DNA from: an uncultured Candidatus Saccharibacteria bacterium
GTDB taxonomy: Bacteria > Patescibacteriota > JAQUNI01
Direction: 5' to 3'
Assembly (NCBI GenBank): GCA_964555185.1
Contig: CAZKRD010000002.1
Span: forward strand, 120,438-184,437
DNA: 64,000 nt
Below the pieces are notes generated by a model. It made no database searches. It was not told where the DNA came from and saw only the letters and a program-made list of their open reading frames with translations. Made by a program: the position numbers and the translations under genes. Below are positions 28,410 to 38,336 of this stretch, one piece after another (position 1 is the stretch's first letter; each line of letters begins with the position of its first letter).

Positions 28410-29804
28410 TTAGTTTAGGTACTCTTCTAACGCTTCTTCCCATCTCCGCAGTTTCGGCAGCTTGGTATTGATTAAAACCGAACACAAGGGCCGCTTTGCT
28501 TTTGTCTCGTATTCCCGGCTGCTGATTGGCTTTATTTTAACCGGAATGTTTTTCAAAGCGAAAATTTTGCGCGCGAACTGATACCAATTAGTTTTTCCTT
28601 GGTTTGTGACGTGATAAATGCCAAAGGGCTTGTTTTGTTCAATAAGCTGTTTTGTCTCTCGAGCTAAATCACGGGCAAAGGTAGGCTTCCCCCACTGGTC
28701 ATTGACGACCTTCAGTTTAACATTGCTTTTTGATAATTGCAACATTTTTTTAACAAAATTTTCTCCTCTCTTGCCAAACATCCAAGAGCTGCGGATTAGG
28801 TAGTATTGATCAGTATTGCGCCGCAAGAGCGCCTCGCCCAAGAACTTTGATTTTCCATAGACATTGATTGGGTTGGGCTGGGCGGTTTCTTTATAACCCT
28901 TGCGATTTTTACCGTCAAAGACATAATCCGTGGAGTAGTGGACTAAAGTTGCGTTTATTCTTTTGGCAATTTGCGCTAAATACCCTACCGCTTTACCATT
29001 TATCCGCAAAACCTGCTTTTGGTTTGATTCGGCCCTTTCTACGTTAGTATAGGCAGCAGCGTTGATAATGATTGCTGGTTTAAGTTCCAGGATTCTTTGC
29101 TGTAGTTTTTTCTTGTTGGTAATATTTAATTTTTTCTTGTCCCAGGCGGTTAGCCTGTAGTTTTGAAATTCTTTTTTTAAGCACGAGCCAAGCATGCCTC
29201 GGGCGCCCAAGATCAAGACTTTTTTTTGAAAATTTGCAAGCAGTTTGTTGCGCGCCCGCACCAAGTCAGGATGGAGCCCCCTCTCTTTTTTGATAATCTG
29301 TTTCATATTTTCATCAAAAGCATTAAGCAGGGCTTGGTCTAGAGATTTGGAAGCTATTTTCAGGATGATTTTTGAGCCAGCCCAAATTTTGGGAGTGGGC
29401 GCGATAATATCCGAGAGATAAATAATTTTATCCAGGAAACTCATACAGGGTTTAGGCACGCAGTGCCTCTCAATTGCTTGGAGGATTTCTTTGTCGTGAA
29501 TGCCAAACTTTTTTCTAGAAAGGGATGCGCCGACAGGCGCATGGAGAAGGCTTGGATGGTTTTTGGTAAAGGAATCAATTTTGATCCGAAATTTGCAAGC
29601 GAGTTTCAAAAGTCTTTCTGAATTTAAATCACGCGCCATATCATGGATCAGGCCGGCAAGACGGACTTTTTCTAGGTTGATCCCTTTGTGGATCCGGGCC
29701 AATTTCTCCGCTGTTTTTACTACTTCCAAACTATGAAAAAATCTATCCCTCGATAGATTCCGCTGCAGGTAAGATTTGATTCTTTCTAGGTTTAAATCAT
29801 TCAT
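28410..29804 (-). CDS. rmlD: Fusion of a YqeK-like HD dinucleoside-tetraphosphatase and dTDP-4-dehydrorhamnose reductase
   Basis: N-terminal RFFHS, IHDMAR, LLHAPVGA, DKIIYLSD; C-terminal GARGMLG, AAYT.V, STDYVFDG, YGKSK, DQ.G.PT. Confidence 0.88.
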   Translation of the reverse strand: MNDLNLERIKSYLQRNLSRDRFFHSLEVVKTAEKLARIHKGINLEKVRLAGLIHDMARDLNSERLLKLACKFRIKIDSFTKNHPSLLHAPVGASLSRKKFGIHDKEILQAIERHCVPKPCMSFLDKIIYLSDIIAPTPKIWAGSKIILKIASKSLDQALLNAFDENMKQIIKKERGLHPDLVRARNKLLANFQKKVLILGARGMLGSCLKKEFQNYRLTAWDKKKLNITNKKKLQQRILELKPAIIINAAAYTNVERAESNQKQVLRINGKAVGYLAQIAKRINATLVHYSTDYVFDGKNRKGYKETAQPNPINVYGKSKFLGEALLRRNTDQYYLIRSSWMFGKRGENFVKKMLQLSKSNVKLKVVNDQWGKPTFARDLARETKQLIEQNKPFGIYHVTNQGKTNWYQFARKIFALKNIPVKIKPISSREYETKAKRPLCSVLINTKLPKLRRWEEALEEYLN

Positions 29805-29837
29805 AAGATAAATCGATTTTGGTTAGGATAAGGGGAG

Positions 29838-29998
29838 ATTAATTTTCAATTTTCAAATCCCAATTTTCAATCAAATCCCAATTTTCAAATAGATTTAATT
29901 TTCAAACCTGCGAAAATGGTTTTGTTTGAAAATTTATTCATTGGTTATTGAAAATTGATTAGTAAATTGGTACTTGAAAATTGAAAATTAACTACTCT
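29838..29998. repeat. MITE-like TTTTCAA heptamer inverted-repeat element, copy A (inverted relative to B and C)
   Basis: Terminal TTAATTTTCAATTTTCAA...TTGAAAATTGAAAATTAA; homologous to 31603-31778 and 51024-51221. Confidence 0.85.
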
Positions 29999-30992
29999 AT
30001 TTATGCTTATATTGCTTTCGATAGTATTTAAGATATTCTCCCGACTTGATCTTCTTCCACCACCATTCATTCTCTTTGTACCATTCTATGGTTTGCCGCA
30101 TCGCTTCTCCAAATTGATATTGCGGCTGCCAGCCCAGTTTCTGAACCTTAGTAGAATCCAGGGCGTAACGGCGATCATGACCCGGCCGGTCGGAAACCCG
30201 CTTAATCATTTCTTTGCCTTTGCCCAAAGTCTTCAAGATTAGATTGGTGATGTAAAGATTGGTTTTTGGATTATCACCGCCAATATTATAAATCTCCCCT
30301 ATTTTGCCTTTGTGGAGAACAAGATCTAAGGCAGAGCAGTTATCTAAAACATAAATCCAATCACGGACATTTTTGCCATCACCGTAAAGCGGCACCTTTT
30401 TTCCTTCAATGAGATTGGTGACGAAAAGAGGGATTAGTTTTTCCGGGTATTGATAAGGCCCAAAATTATTAGAGCTTCTCGTGATCAAAACCGGCAAACC
30501 AAATGTGCGGTGATAAGCGCGGACCATCAAATCCCCTCCTGTTTTGGAAGCAGAATAGGGATTGTTGGGAGCAAGCTCGGTTTTTTCAGTTGCTTTTCCG
30601 CGAGCCAGACTGCCGTAAACTTCATCCGTGCTTACCTGTAAATATTTCTTAATTTTGAATTCTTTTACTGCTTCCAATAAGTTTTTCGTGCCCAAGATGT
30701 CTGTGCGAATAAAGTCATCCGCGCCCATAATTGAGCGATCCACATGGGTTTCTGCAGCGAAGTTTACAATCATATTCACATTGCGAGCCGCTTGTTTCAC
30801 TGTTTTCCAATCCGCGATATCTCCTTTGACAAATTTATAGCGCGGGGTTTTGATCCCCCGTAGATTGTCTAGATTGCCGCAGTAAGTCAGTTTGTCTAAA
30901 TTAACCACGCGGTAGCGCGGGTATTTTTTTAAAATATAGCGGATGAAGTTGGAACCGATAAAACCCGCGCCGCCGGTTACGAGTAATTTCAT
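29997..30992 (-). CDS. rmlB: dTDP-glucose 4,6-dehydratase
   Basis: GGAGFIGSN, AAETHVDRS, STDEVYG, YSASK, RPGHDRRY. Confidence 0.96.
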   Translation of the reverse strand: MKLLVTGGAGFIGSNFIRYILKKYPRYRVVNLDKLTYCGNLDNLRGIKTPRYKFVKGDIADWKTVKQAARNVNMIVNFAAETHVDRSIMGADDFIRTDILGTKNLLEAVKEFKIKKYLQVSTDEVYGSLARGKATEKTELAPNNPYSASKTGGDLMVRAYHRTFGLPVLITRSSNNFGPYQYPEKLIPLFVTNLIEGKKVPLYGDGKNVRDWIYVLDNCSALDLVLHKGKIGEIYNIGGDNPKTNLYITNLILKTLGKGKEMIKRVSDRPGHDRRYALDSTKVQKLGWQPQYQFGEAMRQTIEWYKENEWWWKKIKSGEYLKYYRKQYKHK

Positions 30993-31546
30993 AATATTTT
31001 TTTGTGGAGACAGTATTTATAAAGGAGGGCTAGAGTTGGTGAACCGATAATCTTATTTTCGATAATCATTTTTTGGATCTCTTTAAGACTAAATTTTTTT
31101 ACTTCCGAGATTTCAGAAGGATCGGGAATTTTATCAATTTTTTTTAAGTCTTGAGCAAGATAAATATAGGAATATTGCGGCAAGACAGTTCCTGATACAT
31201 AGGAGATGCCAATTTTGGTCCACTTTTGAGCAGAAAGGCAAGCTTCTTCCTCGAGTTCCCTTTTGGCGGCATTCAGATAGGTTTCTCTTTTTGAATCTTT
31301 GTGTCCCATGGGCAATTCCCAGGTATATTCCCCCAAAGTGTAGCGATACTGACGGACAAGCCAGAGTTTTCCATTTCTGTCTTCAGGGATGATTGCGACA
31401 AAGGGATCTTTTTTAATATAGTAATAGTTTGTTTTGCGTCCTAAAGGGTTCAACACCTGGTCCTTGTAAAGATCAAGATAAGCGCAGTGGTAGATCCGGC
31501 GAGAGGAAATTTTTTGCCAAGGCTGTTTTTGATGGATTTTCGGCAT
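30989..31546 (-). CDS. NUDIX hydrolase (ADP-ribose pyrophosphatase-like)
   Basis: RQYRY, WELP.G...AAKRELEEE. Confidence 0.88.
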   Translation of the reverse strand: MPKIHQKQPWQKISSRRIYHCAYLDLYKDQVLNPLGRKTNYYYIKKDPFVAIIPEDRNGKLWLVRQYRYTLGEYTWELPMGHKDSKRETYLNAAKRELEEEACLSAQKWTKIGISYVSGTVLPQYSYIYLAQDLKKIDKIPDPSEISEVKKFSLKEIQKMIIENKIIGSPTLALLYKYCLHKKIL

Positions 31547-31602
31547 TGTTAATTTTGATTAACTATATCTTAGTTTAACAAGAGAGGAATTTTTCGACAA
31601 GA

Positions 31603-31778
31603 AGAGTAGTTAATTTTCAATTTTCAAGTACCAATGTACTAATCAATTTTCAATTTACAAGTACCAATTTTCAATCAATTTTCAATAACCAATGACTAAA
31701 TGTTCAAACTGTTTGAAAATTAAATCATTGAACCTTAGGATTTGATTGAAAATTGAGATTTGTAAATTGAAAATTAAT
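31603..31778. repeat. MITE-like TTTTCAA heptamer inverted-repeat element, copy B
   Basis: First about 120 bp nearly identical to 51024-51150. Confidence 0.85.
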
Positions 31779-31784
31779 ATCCTC

Positions 31785-32240
31785 TTATCCCATCTTAATC
31801 CCCCAACCATACGGAACCAGTTCAGTATCATAAGGCAGGCGGTATTCATCTGGTTTCTCTGGATTGTAGGGATGGGTTGGCGTATTGATGATTAGAGCTT
31901 CTTCTTCGGACACGCATTTCCAGCCGTGATAAACCTGTTTTGGGATTTGAATTAAACTCGGATTGTGCTCGCCGATAAAAAATTCATTGATTTCTCCCAA
32001 AGTCCGGGATCCGATCCTGCCGTCATAGAGGACAAGCTTGATCATGCCGCGCAGGCAGCAAATAGAATCGGTTTGGACTTTATGCAGATGCCAAGCCTTA
32101 ACCACGGAAGGGTAAGTGGTCGTTAAATAGACTTGACCGAATTTCTCGAAGATTTCATCATCAGAGCGCAGGATCTCCATCACCCGGCCCCGTTCGTCAG
32201 GATGAATTTTAAGTTTTTTAGTTTTGACGCCGGAAATCAT
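31785..32240 (-). CDS. rmlC: dTDP-4-dehydrorhamnose 3,5-epimerase family
   Basis: DERG, KAWHLH, YDGR, IP..V.HG. Confidence 0.85.
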   Translation of the reverse strand: MISGVKTKKLKIHPDERGRVMEILRSDDEIFEKFGQVYLTTTYPSVVKAWHLHKVQTDSICCLRGMIKLVLYDGRIGSRTLGEINEFFIGEHNPSLIQIPKQVYHGWKCVSEEEALIINTPTHPYNPEKPDEYRLPYDTELVPYGWGIKMG

Positions 32241-33411
32241 GATATTTAAAAGATTTAAGAAGGGCTTTAGGATTTTTCGTTTCCACCCCGCCTTTTTTTA
32301 GAAGTAAAGTCTGGTAGAGCCTTATTGTCTGATTTGCAACTTTATTCCAATTATAGAACTTGCGGACTCTTTCGCGAGCCAGCCGCCCCATTTTGAGAAC
32401 CAGTTCGGGGTGGTCATTTAGAAATTCCAGTCCCTTTTTAAGGCTCGCTACACTCCTTGACTTAAAGCTATAACCCGCTTCGCCCATCGCTTCTTTGTTT
32501 TCCGGAATATCTGAAACTAAAACACAACGGCCAAAACCCAAGGCCTCAAGCAGACTTAAAGACAGGCCCTCTGCTTTTGATGGTAGCACATAAAGGTAAG
32601 CATTGGAAAATAATTCGAGGAGGGTTTCCCCTTGCTGACTGCCGGTAAAGATAATATTAGGATTGCCTTTTGCTGTTTTTTTAAGATAATTTTCATAGGC
32701 TCGATTGCCAAGATTGCTGCCGCCAACAATAACCAGTTTCTTGTTCGTATTTAATTTTTGGAAAGCATTGATTAAATAGTGAATCCCTTTGCGCGGAACC
32801 AGCCGCGAAACAGTTAGGAAATAATTGTTTTCAGAGAGTCCCCATTTTTTGATTAGTTTTGCCCGCTTGGAACGAGCAAGTGCGGCTCCGTTGGGGATAT
32901 AATAGATTTGACTTTTGGCCGGATTATTTTTTCGGCAGTATTGGTAAAGAATTCTGGAAACAACAATTGTCGCGTCAGGAAGTAAAACCACGGTTTTTTC
33001 AGCCAGAGTTAAAAAGAAGCGAGCGAGGATTCCCCATTTTTGATCAAAACAGTCGCGGCACTGAAAAGTTGTGATTGTGACTGCTTTCCTCTTTAGGATC
33101 CGAGGAATAAAAGCAAGCAGAGAAGGGCCCACCGAATGGATATGGACAACATCCACTCTTTTAAACAAAACATGAATAAGAGAGAAAAAAGTATGGGTAA
33201 TCGTGTCTAAATTCTTTGTGGGAATCGAAGGGGTATAGATTATATCGATTCCTTTGTATTTTTTTCTTTTGCTTTTGGTGTATTTATGCCGAGAGTAAAC
33301 AAAAATTCTGTGTCCTCTTTGGACCAGTTTTTTGGCTAATTCTTCAACATGCCGCTCTACTCCGCCTTCGCGGCAGGGAATCCCTTTTGCTCCAATTATC
33401 GCTATTTTCAT
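32218..33411 (-). CDS. Glycosyltransferase family 4
   Basis: GGVERHV, RLVPRKG, EGLSLSLLEA, SDIPEN. Confidence 0.92.
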   Translation of the reverse strand: MKIAIIGAKGIPCREGGVERHVEELAKKLVQRGHRIFVYSRHKYTKSKRKKYKGIDIIYTPSIPTKNLDTITHTFFSLIHVLFKRVDVVHIHSVGPSLLAFIPRILKRKAVTITTFQCRDCFDQKWGILARFFLTLAEKTVVLLPDATIVVSRILYQYCRKNNPAKSQIYYIPNGAALARSKRAKLIKKWGLSENNYFLTVSRLVPRKGIHYLINAFQKLNTNKKLVIVGGSNLGNRAYENYLKKTAKGNPNIIFTGSQQGETLLELFSNAYLYVLPSKAEGLSLSLLEALGFGRCVLVSDIPENKEAMGEAGYSFKSRSVASLKKGLEFLNDHPELVLKMGRLARERVRKFYNWNKVANQTIRLYQTLLLKKGGVETKNPKALLKSFKYHDFRRQN

Positions 33412-33442
33412 TGGCTTTTAAGCAGTGTTTAAATAAGTTGAT

Positions 33443-33471
33443 ATTATAGAACTATAATTAATAAAAGTCAA
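33443..33471 (-). promoter_or_regulatory. Near-consensus sigma70 promoter
   Basis: TTGACT-N17-TATAAT. Confidence 0.7.
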
Positions 33472-33478
33472 GAAAAGG

Positions 33479-33540
33479 TGTCATTGCGGGCGACTCCACA
33501 CCTTTTTTGAAAAAAGGCGTGGAAGAGCGCGGCAATCTCG
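33479..33540. repeat. TGTCATTGC...GCAAT palindromic repeat family, copy 1
   Basis: Shares ends with 38337-38375 and 55028-55085; inner hairpin tccacacc-ttttttgaaaaaa-ggcgtgga. Confidence 0.65.
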
Positions 33541-33550
33541 TGAAATACAA

Positions 33551-34765
33551 TCAAATTATTAATAGTTTTTTATAGACTTTCGTTAATTTTTTATAATAAG
33601 CTTCTGGGTCGTATTTTTTAATTTCTGCCTTTGCTCTTTGCCCTATTTTTTGGGTCAATTTTGGATTGTGAAAGAGGTATTGGATTTTTTTTCTTAATTC
33701 ATCTCGATTTTCAAAAAGCAGACCGTCTTTCCCTTGTTCAATCAGTTCAGGCAGAGCTCCTCTCGCGCTTGCGACTACGGTTTTTCCTAAATTGAATGCC
33801 TCTAGAACAGCAAGGCCAAAAGTTTCTTCGCTCATGCTGGGTACAACCACAAAACAAGAATTCGCAATCAGTTTTTTTAATTCTTTTTCGTTTTTAAAAC
33901 CCAAAAATTCTACATTAGAAATATTTTTCTGGGCAACCGTCTTGATTAACCTATTTTTGTCTGGACCTTTGCCCGCTATTTTGAATTTAATCCAAGGGAG
34001 CTCTAAAGCTGTCGAAATTAAAAGATCCAGTCCCTTTTCCGAGGCAAGCCGGCCAAAATAGAGAACATAATCTTTTTTTCTATTTTGGGCCGCTATTTTT
34101 GCTGGCTTTATAAAATGCGGCAGGACAATTAATTTGTTTTCTGACATTCCCCAGGCAGTTAGTTTGTTTTTTACAAATTGACTGGGACAGATAAAAATAT
34201 CGACATATTTCTGATAAAAACAAAAAGTTTTGTGGAGATACATCTCGAGTGAACTTAGAAGGGAGGCAAAATAAGAATCTTTGACGCATTTATTTAAAAA
34301 GCATTGATAGTATTTATGTTGTTTGCATTTCTCGCAAACCTGACCTTTGTTAAATAATTTGTAATTTGGACAAATCAATTTGTAGTCATGGACAGTCATC
34401 ACAATCGGAATATTATTCTTTTTTAAAATTCCTAAAATAGAGGGTGAAATCTGATGATAGATATTGTGGATATGAGCAATGCCTGGTTTTTCTTTTTTGA
34501 TTAATTTTTTAATTTTTTTGCGTGCTTCTAGAGAATAAAGGATTCGGGCTGCGTTTTTTAGAGCTTTTAGAGAGAATCTAACTCTTTTTAAATTCATTTC
34601 ACTGACAAAATATTCTTGATAGGCAGATGAAATATTTTTTTTACCTTCCATTGCAAAAGGAATCACAGTGTGGCCGCGCGCTTCTAGTAATTCTGTTAAA
34701 TCAAAATAATGACGGTCTGATCCGCCCTGGATGTGATGGAATTTATTGATATTCAAGATGATCAT
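33551..34765 (-). CDS. Glycosyltransferase family 4
   Basis: HNIYH, HDYKLICP, GRL..EKG, ETFGL..LEA. Confidence 0.92.
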   Translation of the reverse strand: MIILNINKFHHIQGGSDRHYFDLTELLEARGHTVIPFAMEGKKNISSAYQEYFVSEMNLKRVRFSLKALKNAARILYSLEARKKIKKLIKKEKPGIAHIHNIYHQISPSILGILKKNNIPIVMTVHDYKLICPNYKLFNKGQVCEKCKQHKYYQCFLNKCVKDSYFASLLSSLEMYLHKTFCFYQKYVDIFICPSQFVKNKLTAWGMSENKLIVLPHFIKPAKIAAQNRKKDYVLYFGRLASEKGLDLLISTALELPWIKFKIAGKGPDKNRLIKTVAQKNISNVEFLGFKNEKELKKLIANSCFVVVPSMSEETFGLAVLEAFNLGKTVVASARGALPELIEQGKDGLLFENRDELRKKIQYLFHNPKLTQKIGQRAKAEIKKYDPEAYYKKLTKVYKKLLII

Positions 34766-34774
34766 ATTTTAAAA

Positions 34775-35608
34775 CTATGTTTTCCTGTATTTTAAATAAA
34801 GCTTGGTTCCGCTCAAGAATTTAATCAAATGGAAGCTAAGATTATGTTTGGGGTAATGTTTTTTCCAAAAGTAAAGCAAGCTTTTTCTTTCATGAAGTTT
34901 TGGGATAAAAGAGTTTCTCGAGGAGGCTTTGTGTTTATGAATCACTTGGGTTTTGCCCCAAAAGATAATCTTAAATCCTGCTTTCTTTACTCTTTTGCAG
35001 AAATCAATGTCTTCGAGATACATAAAATATCTAGGATCAAAGAGGCCAACTTTGTCAAAGACAGATCTGCGGATGAAAGGACAGGTTCCAGAGAGCCATT
35101 TTACTTCTCTCATCTGATAGAATTTTTTCCGAGTTAAAATATTGGGCATAATGATTCTGCCCCAAGGAAGGATCTTGTAAAGCAGTGTAGCCTGCAAGAT
35201 CTCAGATAAAAGAGAAGGGTAATTGCCAAAATTAGTTTGCAGTTTTCCGCCCGGGTAAACAAGGCGCGGTGAAAGGATAGCGACATCAGGATTTTGATCT
35301 AAGAATTTCAAAGTGCGTAGTAAAGATTTATTCACAAAAGCATCTGTATTGAGAAGCAAAACATATTCACCGCGCGCTTTCCGAATTCCTTGGTTGACAG
35401 CTCGAGCAAAGCCACGATTTTTTTTGTTAACAATTAACTTTACTTTAGGGAAATGTTTTTTAATAAGTAGAACAGACTCATCTTCTGAATTGTTATCAAT
35501 TAAAATAATCTCGTGTTTTATTTCAGAAAATGAAGAATAGACCCTTTCTAAACACTTTAGAGTTAATCTAGCTGTATTGTAACTTGGGATGATGACAGAA
35601 AGTTGCAT
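34775..35608 (-). CDS. Glycosyltransferase family 2 (rhamnosyltransferase-like)
   Basis: IIPSYN, DNNS.D, N.GFA.A.N, LLNTD, YFMY.EDID. Confidence 0.9.
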   Translation of the reverse strand: MQLSVIIPSYNTARLTLKCLERVYSSFSEIKHEIILIDNNSEDESVLLIKKHFPKVKLIVNKKNRGFARAVNQGIRKARGEYVLLLNTDAFVNKSLLRTLKFLDQNPDVAILSPRLVYPGGKLQTNFGNYPSLLSEILQATLLYKILPWGRIIMPNILTRKKFYQMREVKWLSGTCPFIRRSVFDKVGLFDPRYFMYLEDIDFCKRVKKAGFKIIFWGKTQVIHKHKASSRNSFIPKLHERKSLLYFWKKHYPKHNLSFHLIKFLSGTKLYLKYRKT

Positions 35609-36969
35609 TATTTTTTTGCTAAGAATCTGTTTTGGACTAAAAGCAGTCCCACAATATACCAAAAGATAATTCCGTAATAGAGTCCGACTAGTGTGACCTC
35701 TAAAAGAGCATTGATTAAAACTATGATCATGGTTGAGACAAAGCCAAGGTACAGAATTTTATCGTTTTGCTCTTTGGCCAAGGCTTTCATCTTTTTAAGT
35801 TCACGGTAAATTTGACGGATAATCAGGATTAAAATTGCTAAACCAATAAGACCGAGTTCTAAAACTATTTGCAAAAAGAAATTATTGCTTTCACTCTCGA
35901 TAGACCAGGGTAAAAGATTTTTATACTCCAATTTTAAATTGCCAACCCCATATCCTAAAATGGGTTTTTGAAAGAAGAGCTTGAAGGCCACTTTGCCTTC
36001 GGTTATTCTAAAGTTTGTATTTGGATCACTAGCTGTATTATAGATTCTTTCTAAAAGTTTTCTGCTATAAGAAGCAAGGGGGAAAGCAATGAGGAGCAGA
36101 ATAACAATTAAGATAACAAGAGCTAAAAGTTTTTGAATCTTTTGTTTGGTGAAGAAATAGGAAAGACCAGAGAGTGCGGCAATAATTTCTCCTTTGCCTA
36201 AAGTGAGAGCAGAAGCAGTAAATCCTAAAACTATTTGTAAAGAAAGAATAATCTTTAACCATATTTTTTTAGTGTTGAGGGCAAGTGCATAGGTTAAAGG
36301 CAAGGTTAGAATAATCACAGCCGCGATGTAAACCCATCTGCCCACTGGGGTTATGATCCATTCTCGAGCAATAGTATAGTTTCCATTAAATCCACCTAAA
36401 GAAGCAACCTTGGAAATTAGTTGAATTGAAACCAAGAATCCAGTTAAAGGCAGACTGTAAAGAGCAATTTTAAGATCTTTTTTGGTTCTAACGAGGTTAA
36501 TAATTAAGAACAGAATAGCAAGGTGAAAAAGTAAAGCACGAATTGCGATCAAAGCTCGAGAAAGGTTATGAGCCCAGCCCAAAGATAAGACAGCAAGAGC
36601 AAGATAAAGGATTAAGATCACAAGAAGAAAAGGAAACTTTATTTCTCTAATTTTTCTGCGGGTCAGGATTTGTAAAACAAAGAGAACAGAGATTAGAATG
36701 ATTAAAATTTCTCCCAAAGTAATCTCATAATACCAATCCCTAATTCTTAAAGTGGTCACCTGGCCAAAAATAATTGTTGGCAGGATTAAGGCCAAGATTA
36801 AGGCCGGTTTTTTCAAATAAAGAAAAATAGAAAGTAAAAAACCAGCAAGTATAGCTAAAAGTAACAGCAGAGCCTGCCATTCCCCGCTTTGGTAATAACA
36901 AAACAGAGGCATAAAGATACCAAAGAAGAGAATTAAAAGAGACAAGATGATTATTTTTTTAGTTCTCAT
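35608..36969 (-). CDS. O-antigen ligase/polymerase (Wzy_C) family membrane protein
   Basis: About 12 TM helices; R......., P.LG.G.G, N.FLQ...ELG.IG. Confidence 0.8.
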   Translation of the reverse strand: MRTKKIIILSLLILFFGIFMPLFCYYQSGEWQALLLLLAILAGFLLSIFLYLKKPALILALILPTIIFGQVTTLRIRDWYYEITLGEILIILISVLFVLQILTRRKIREIKFPFLLVILILYLALAVLSLGWAHNLSRALIAIRALLFHLAILFLIINLVRTKKDLKIALYSLPLTGFLVSIQLISKVASLGGFNGNYTIAREWIITPVGRWVYIAAVIILTLPLTYALALNTKKIWLKIILSLQIVLGFTASALTLGKGEIIAALSGLSYFFTKQKIQKLLALVILIVILLLIAFPLASYSRKLLERIYNTASDPNTNFRITEGKVAFKLFFQKPILGYGVGNLKLEYKNLLPWSIESESNNFFLQIVLELGLIGLAILILIIRQIYRELKKMKALAKEQNDKILYLGFVSTMIIVLINALLEVTLVGLYYGIIFWYIVGLLLVQNRFLAKK

Positions 36970-36978
36970 AGACGTTAG

Positions 36979-37007
36979 ACTATACTATATTTTATTAGTA
37001 TTGTCAA
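36979..37007 (-). promoter_or_regulatory. Sigma70-like promoter giving a nearly leaderless transcript
   Basis: TTGACA-N17-TATAGT ending about 10 nt before ATG 36969. Confidence 0.55.
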
Positions 37008-37022
37008 TCAAAATTAAAAGTT

Positions 37023-37075
37023 AAAAAAAGGACAAAGAGAAGCAAGGTATTTCTTGTTTTTTGCTTTCTTTGTCC
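37023..37075 (-). terminator. Intrinsic terminator after the 37094 gene
   Basis: ggacaaaga(g)aagcaa/ttgctttctttgtcc stem followed by a T7 tract on the minus strand. Confidence 0.6.
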
Positions 37076-37093
37076 CGTAGGACTCGTGGCGAG

Positions 37094-38311
37094 TTACTGA
37101 GTTATTACTCTACCGTTCTTTATTTCCAGATCCAGGTAGTAGGATCCGTCAGCGTTCTGGCCGACCAGTACACTCGAAACATCTTCTGGTGTGAAGATCA
37201 GCCAGTTGCTGGTCTGATCCAGTGGATCAAAGGGAATGTTGGGATTTCTGGCTACGACATTGGCCCGCGTGGTGATGTTGTAGGCGATGTTACTTGCCTG
37301 GACTTTGTAAACACCACCGACTTTTACCATAGGAACCGTGGCCAACCACTCATCGAAATCTCCGGTCATATATAGAACTTCGCCAGTCCTAGGTCCACCA
37401 TACTTGAGGCGAGCCGGATTGATTACGATATCCTGATCATTATTTTCAATCCGGATCAGCCATTCACCATCTGGCGGCTCGACAGGCGGATCGACATACG
37501 GATCTCCGCCACCGATGTTGATATTTACCTGAACGTTACACGATCCTCCGTTCAGATAGTTGCCGCTATTATCCAGGGATCCATCAAAGTCATAGACCGG
37601 GTAAGCAATTGCGCTTCCGGGATCGGTTTCAACCAGGTAACAGGCGGTTGTCCCATTTACCATCGCTCCAATAGTTCTTCTTGAGCCTGCCTGAAAGTGA
37701 AAGCGCATCGTTCGACCTGGCGGATACTTAGTTCCAAATATCCATTTTCCAGTAGATTCATATGACATCTTAACTAACAATCCACCAGTTGCCTGTGACC
37801 ACAGGTACATTTGCGATCCGGATGTGCCTTCGATGGCATATGTTACTTTTCGTAATGGTTTCTCTGGAGCGAGCTGGTGAATGGACCCATTCGGCTTGAA
37901 CATCAAGAGAAACTTTCCCTCGTCCGTATAATTAGCCAGCGAGGTTCCATTTACCATCACATCGAAGAAGGGATAGTCATGGTACACCTTGAGATACCCT
38001 TCTTTACCGGAATAGAAAGTTAGACTTACGTTTGCTAGATCTCCTGGGCTTGCGAATTCTTTCAGGGTGCTCCCATCGGCAAAAATGTCACTTTCCAGAC
38101 AAATTTGGGTAGAACCAGTAGTGCCCGGGGCGAGCGTGTTGCTGTTCGGTACTGCAGCATCTGCCCAGGGTAACGAGACATTGGCGGCGATAGTTCCGGA
38201 CTCGAACAGATTGTTACCTGTGAGACTTGCTAACGGACTGCGAGCTTCTTCGCAACCAACCAGAGCCAGCAGAATAAATATTGTTATGCTTGAGAAAATT
38301 AATTTTCTCAT
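37094..38311 (-). CDS. Hypothetical lipoprotein, beta-rich, possible C-terminal carbohydrate-binding module
   Basis: LVGC lipobox; DPPVEPP linker; MTGDFDEW; AAGGAG RBS. Confidence 0.65.
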   Translation of the reverse strand: MRKLIFSSITIFILLALVGCEEARSPLASLTGNNLFESGTIAANVSLPWADAAVPNSNTLAPGTTGSTQICLESDIFADGSTLKEFASPGDLANVSLTFYSGKEGYLKVYHDYPFFDVMVNGTSLANYTDEGKFLLMFKPNGSIHQLAPEKPLRKVTYAIEGTSGSQMYLWSQATGGLLVKMSYESTGKWIFGTKYPPGRTMRFHFQAGSRRTIGAMVNGTTACYLVETDPGSAIAYPVYDFDGSLDNSGNYLNGGSCNVQVNINIGGGDPYVDPPVEPPDGEWLIRIENNDQDIVINPARLKYGGPRTGEVLYMTGDFDEWLATVPMVKVGGVYKVQASNIAYNITTRANVVARNPNIPFDPLDQTSNWLIFTPEDVSSVLVGQNADGSYYLDLEIKNGRVITQ

Positions 38312-38336
38312 TTTTCGTTCACTCCTTCTTTATCAT

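Noticed and set aside
29838-31778. CRISPR array interpretation of the periodic AT-rich repeats
   Set aside because: No constant repeat alternating with unique spacers and no cas genes; the units are 7-mers arranged as inverted arms
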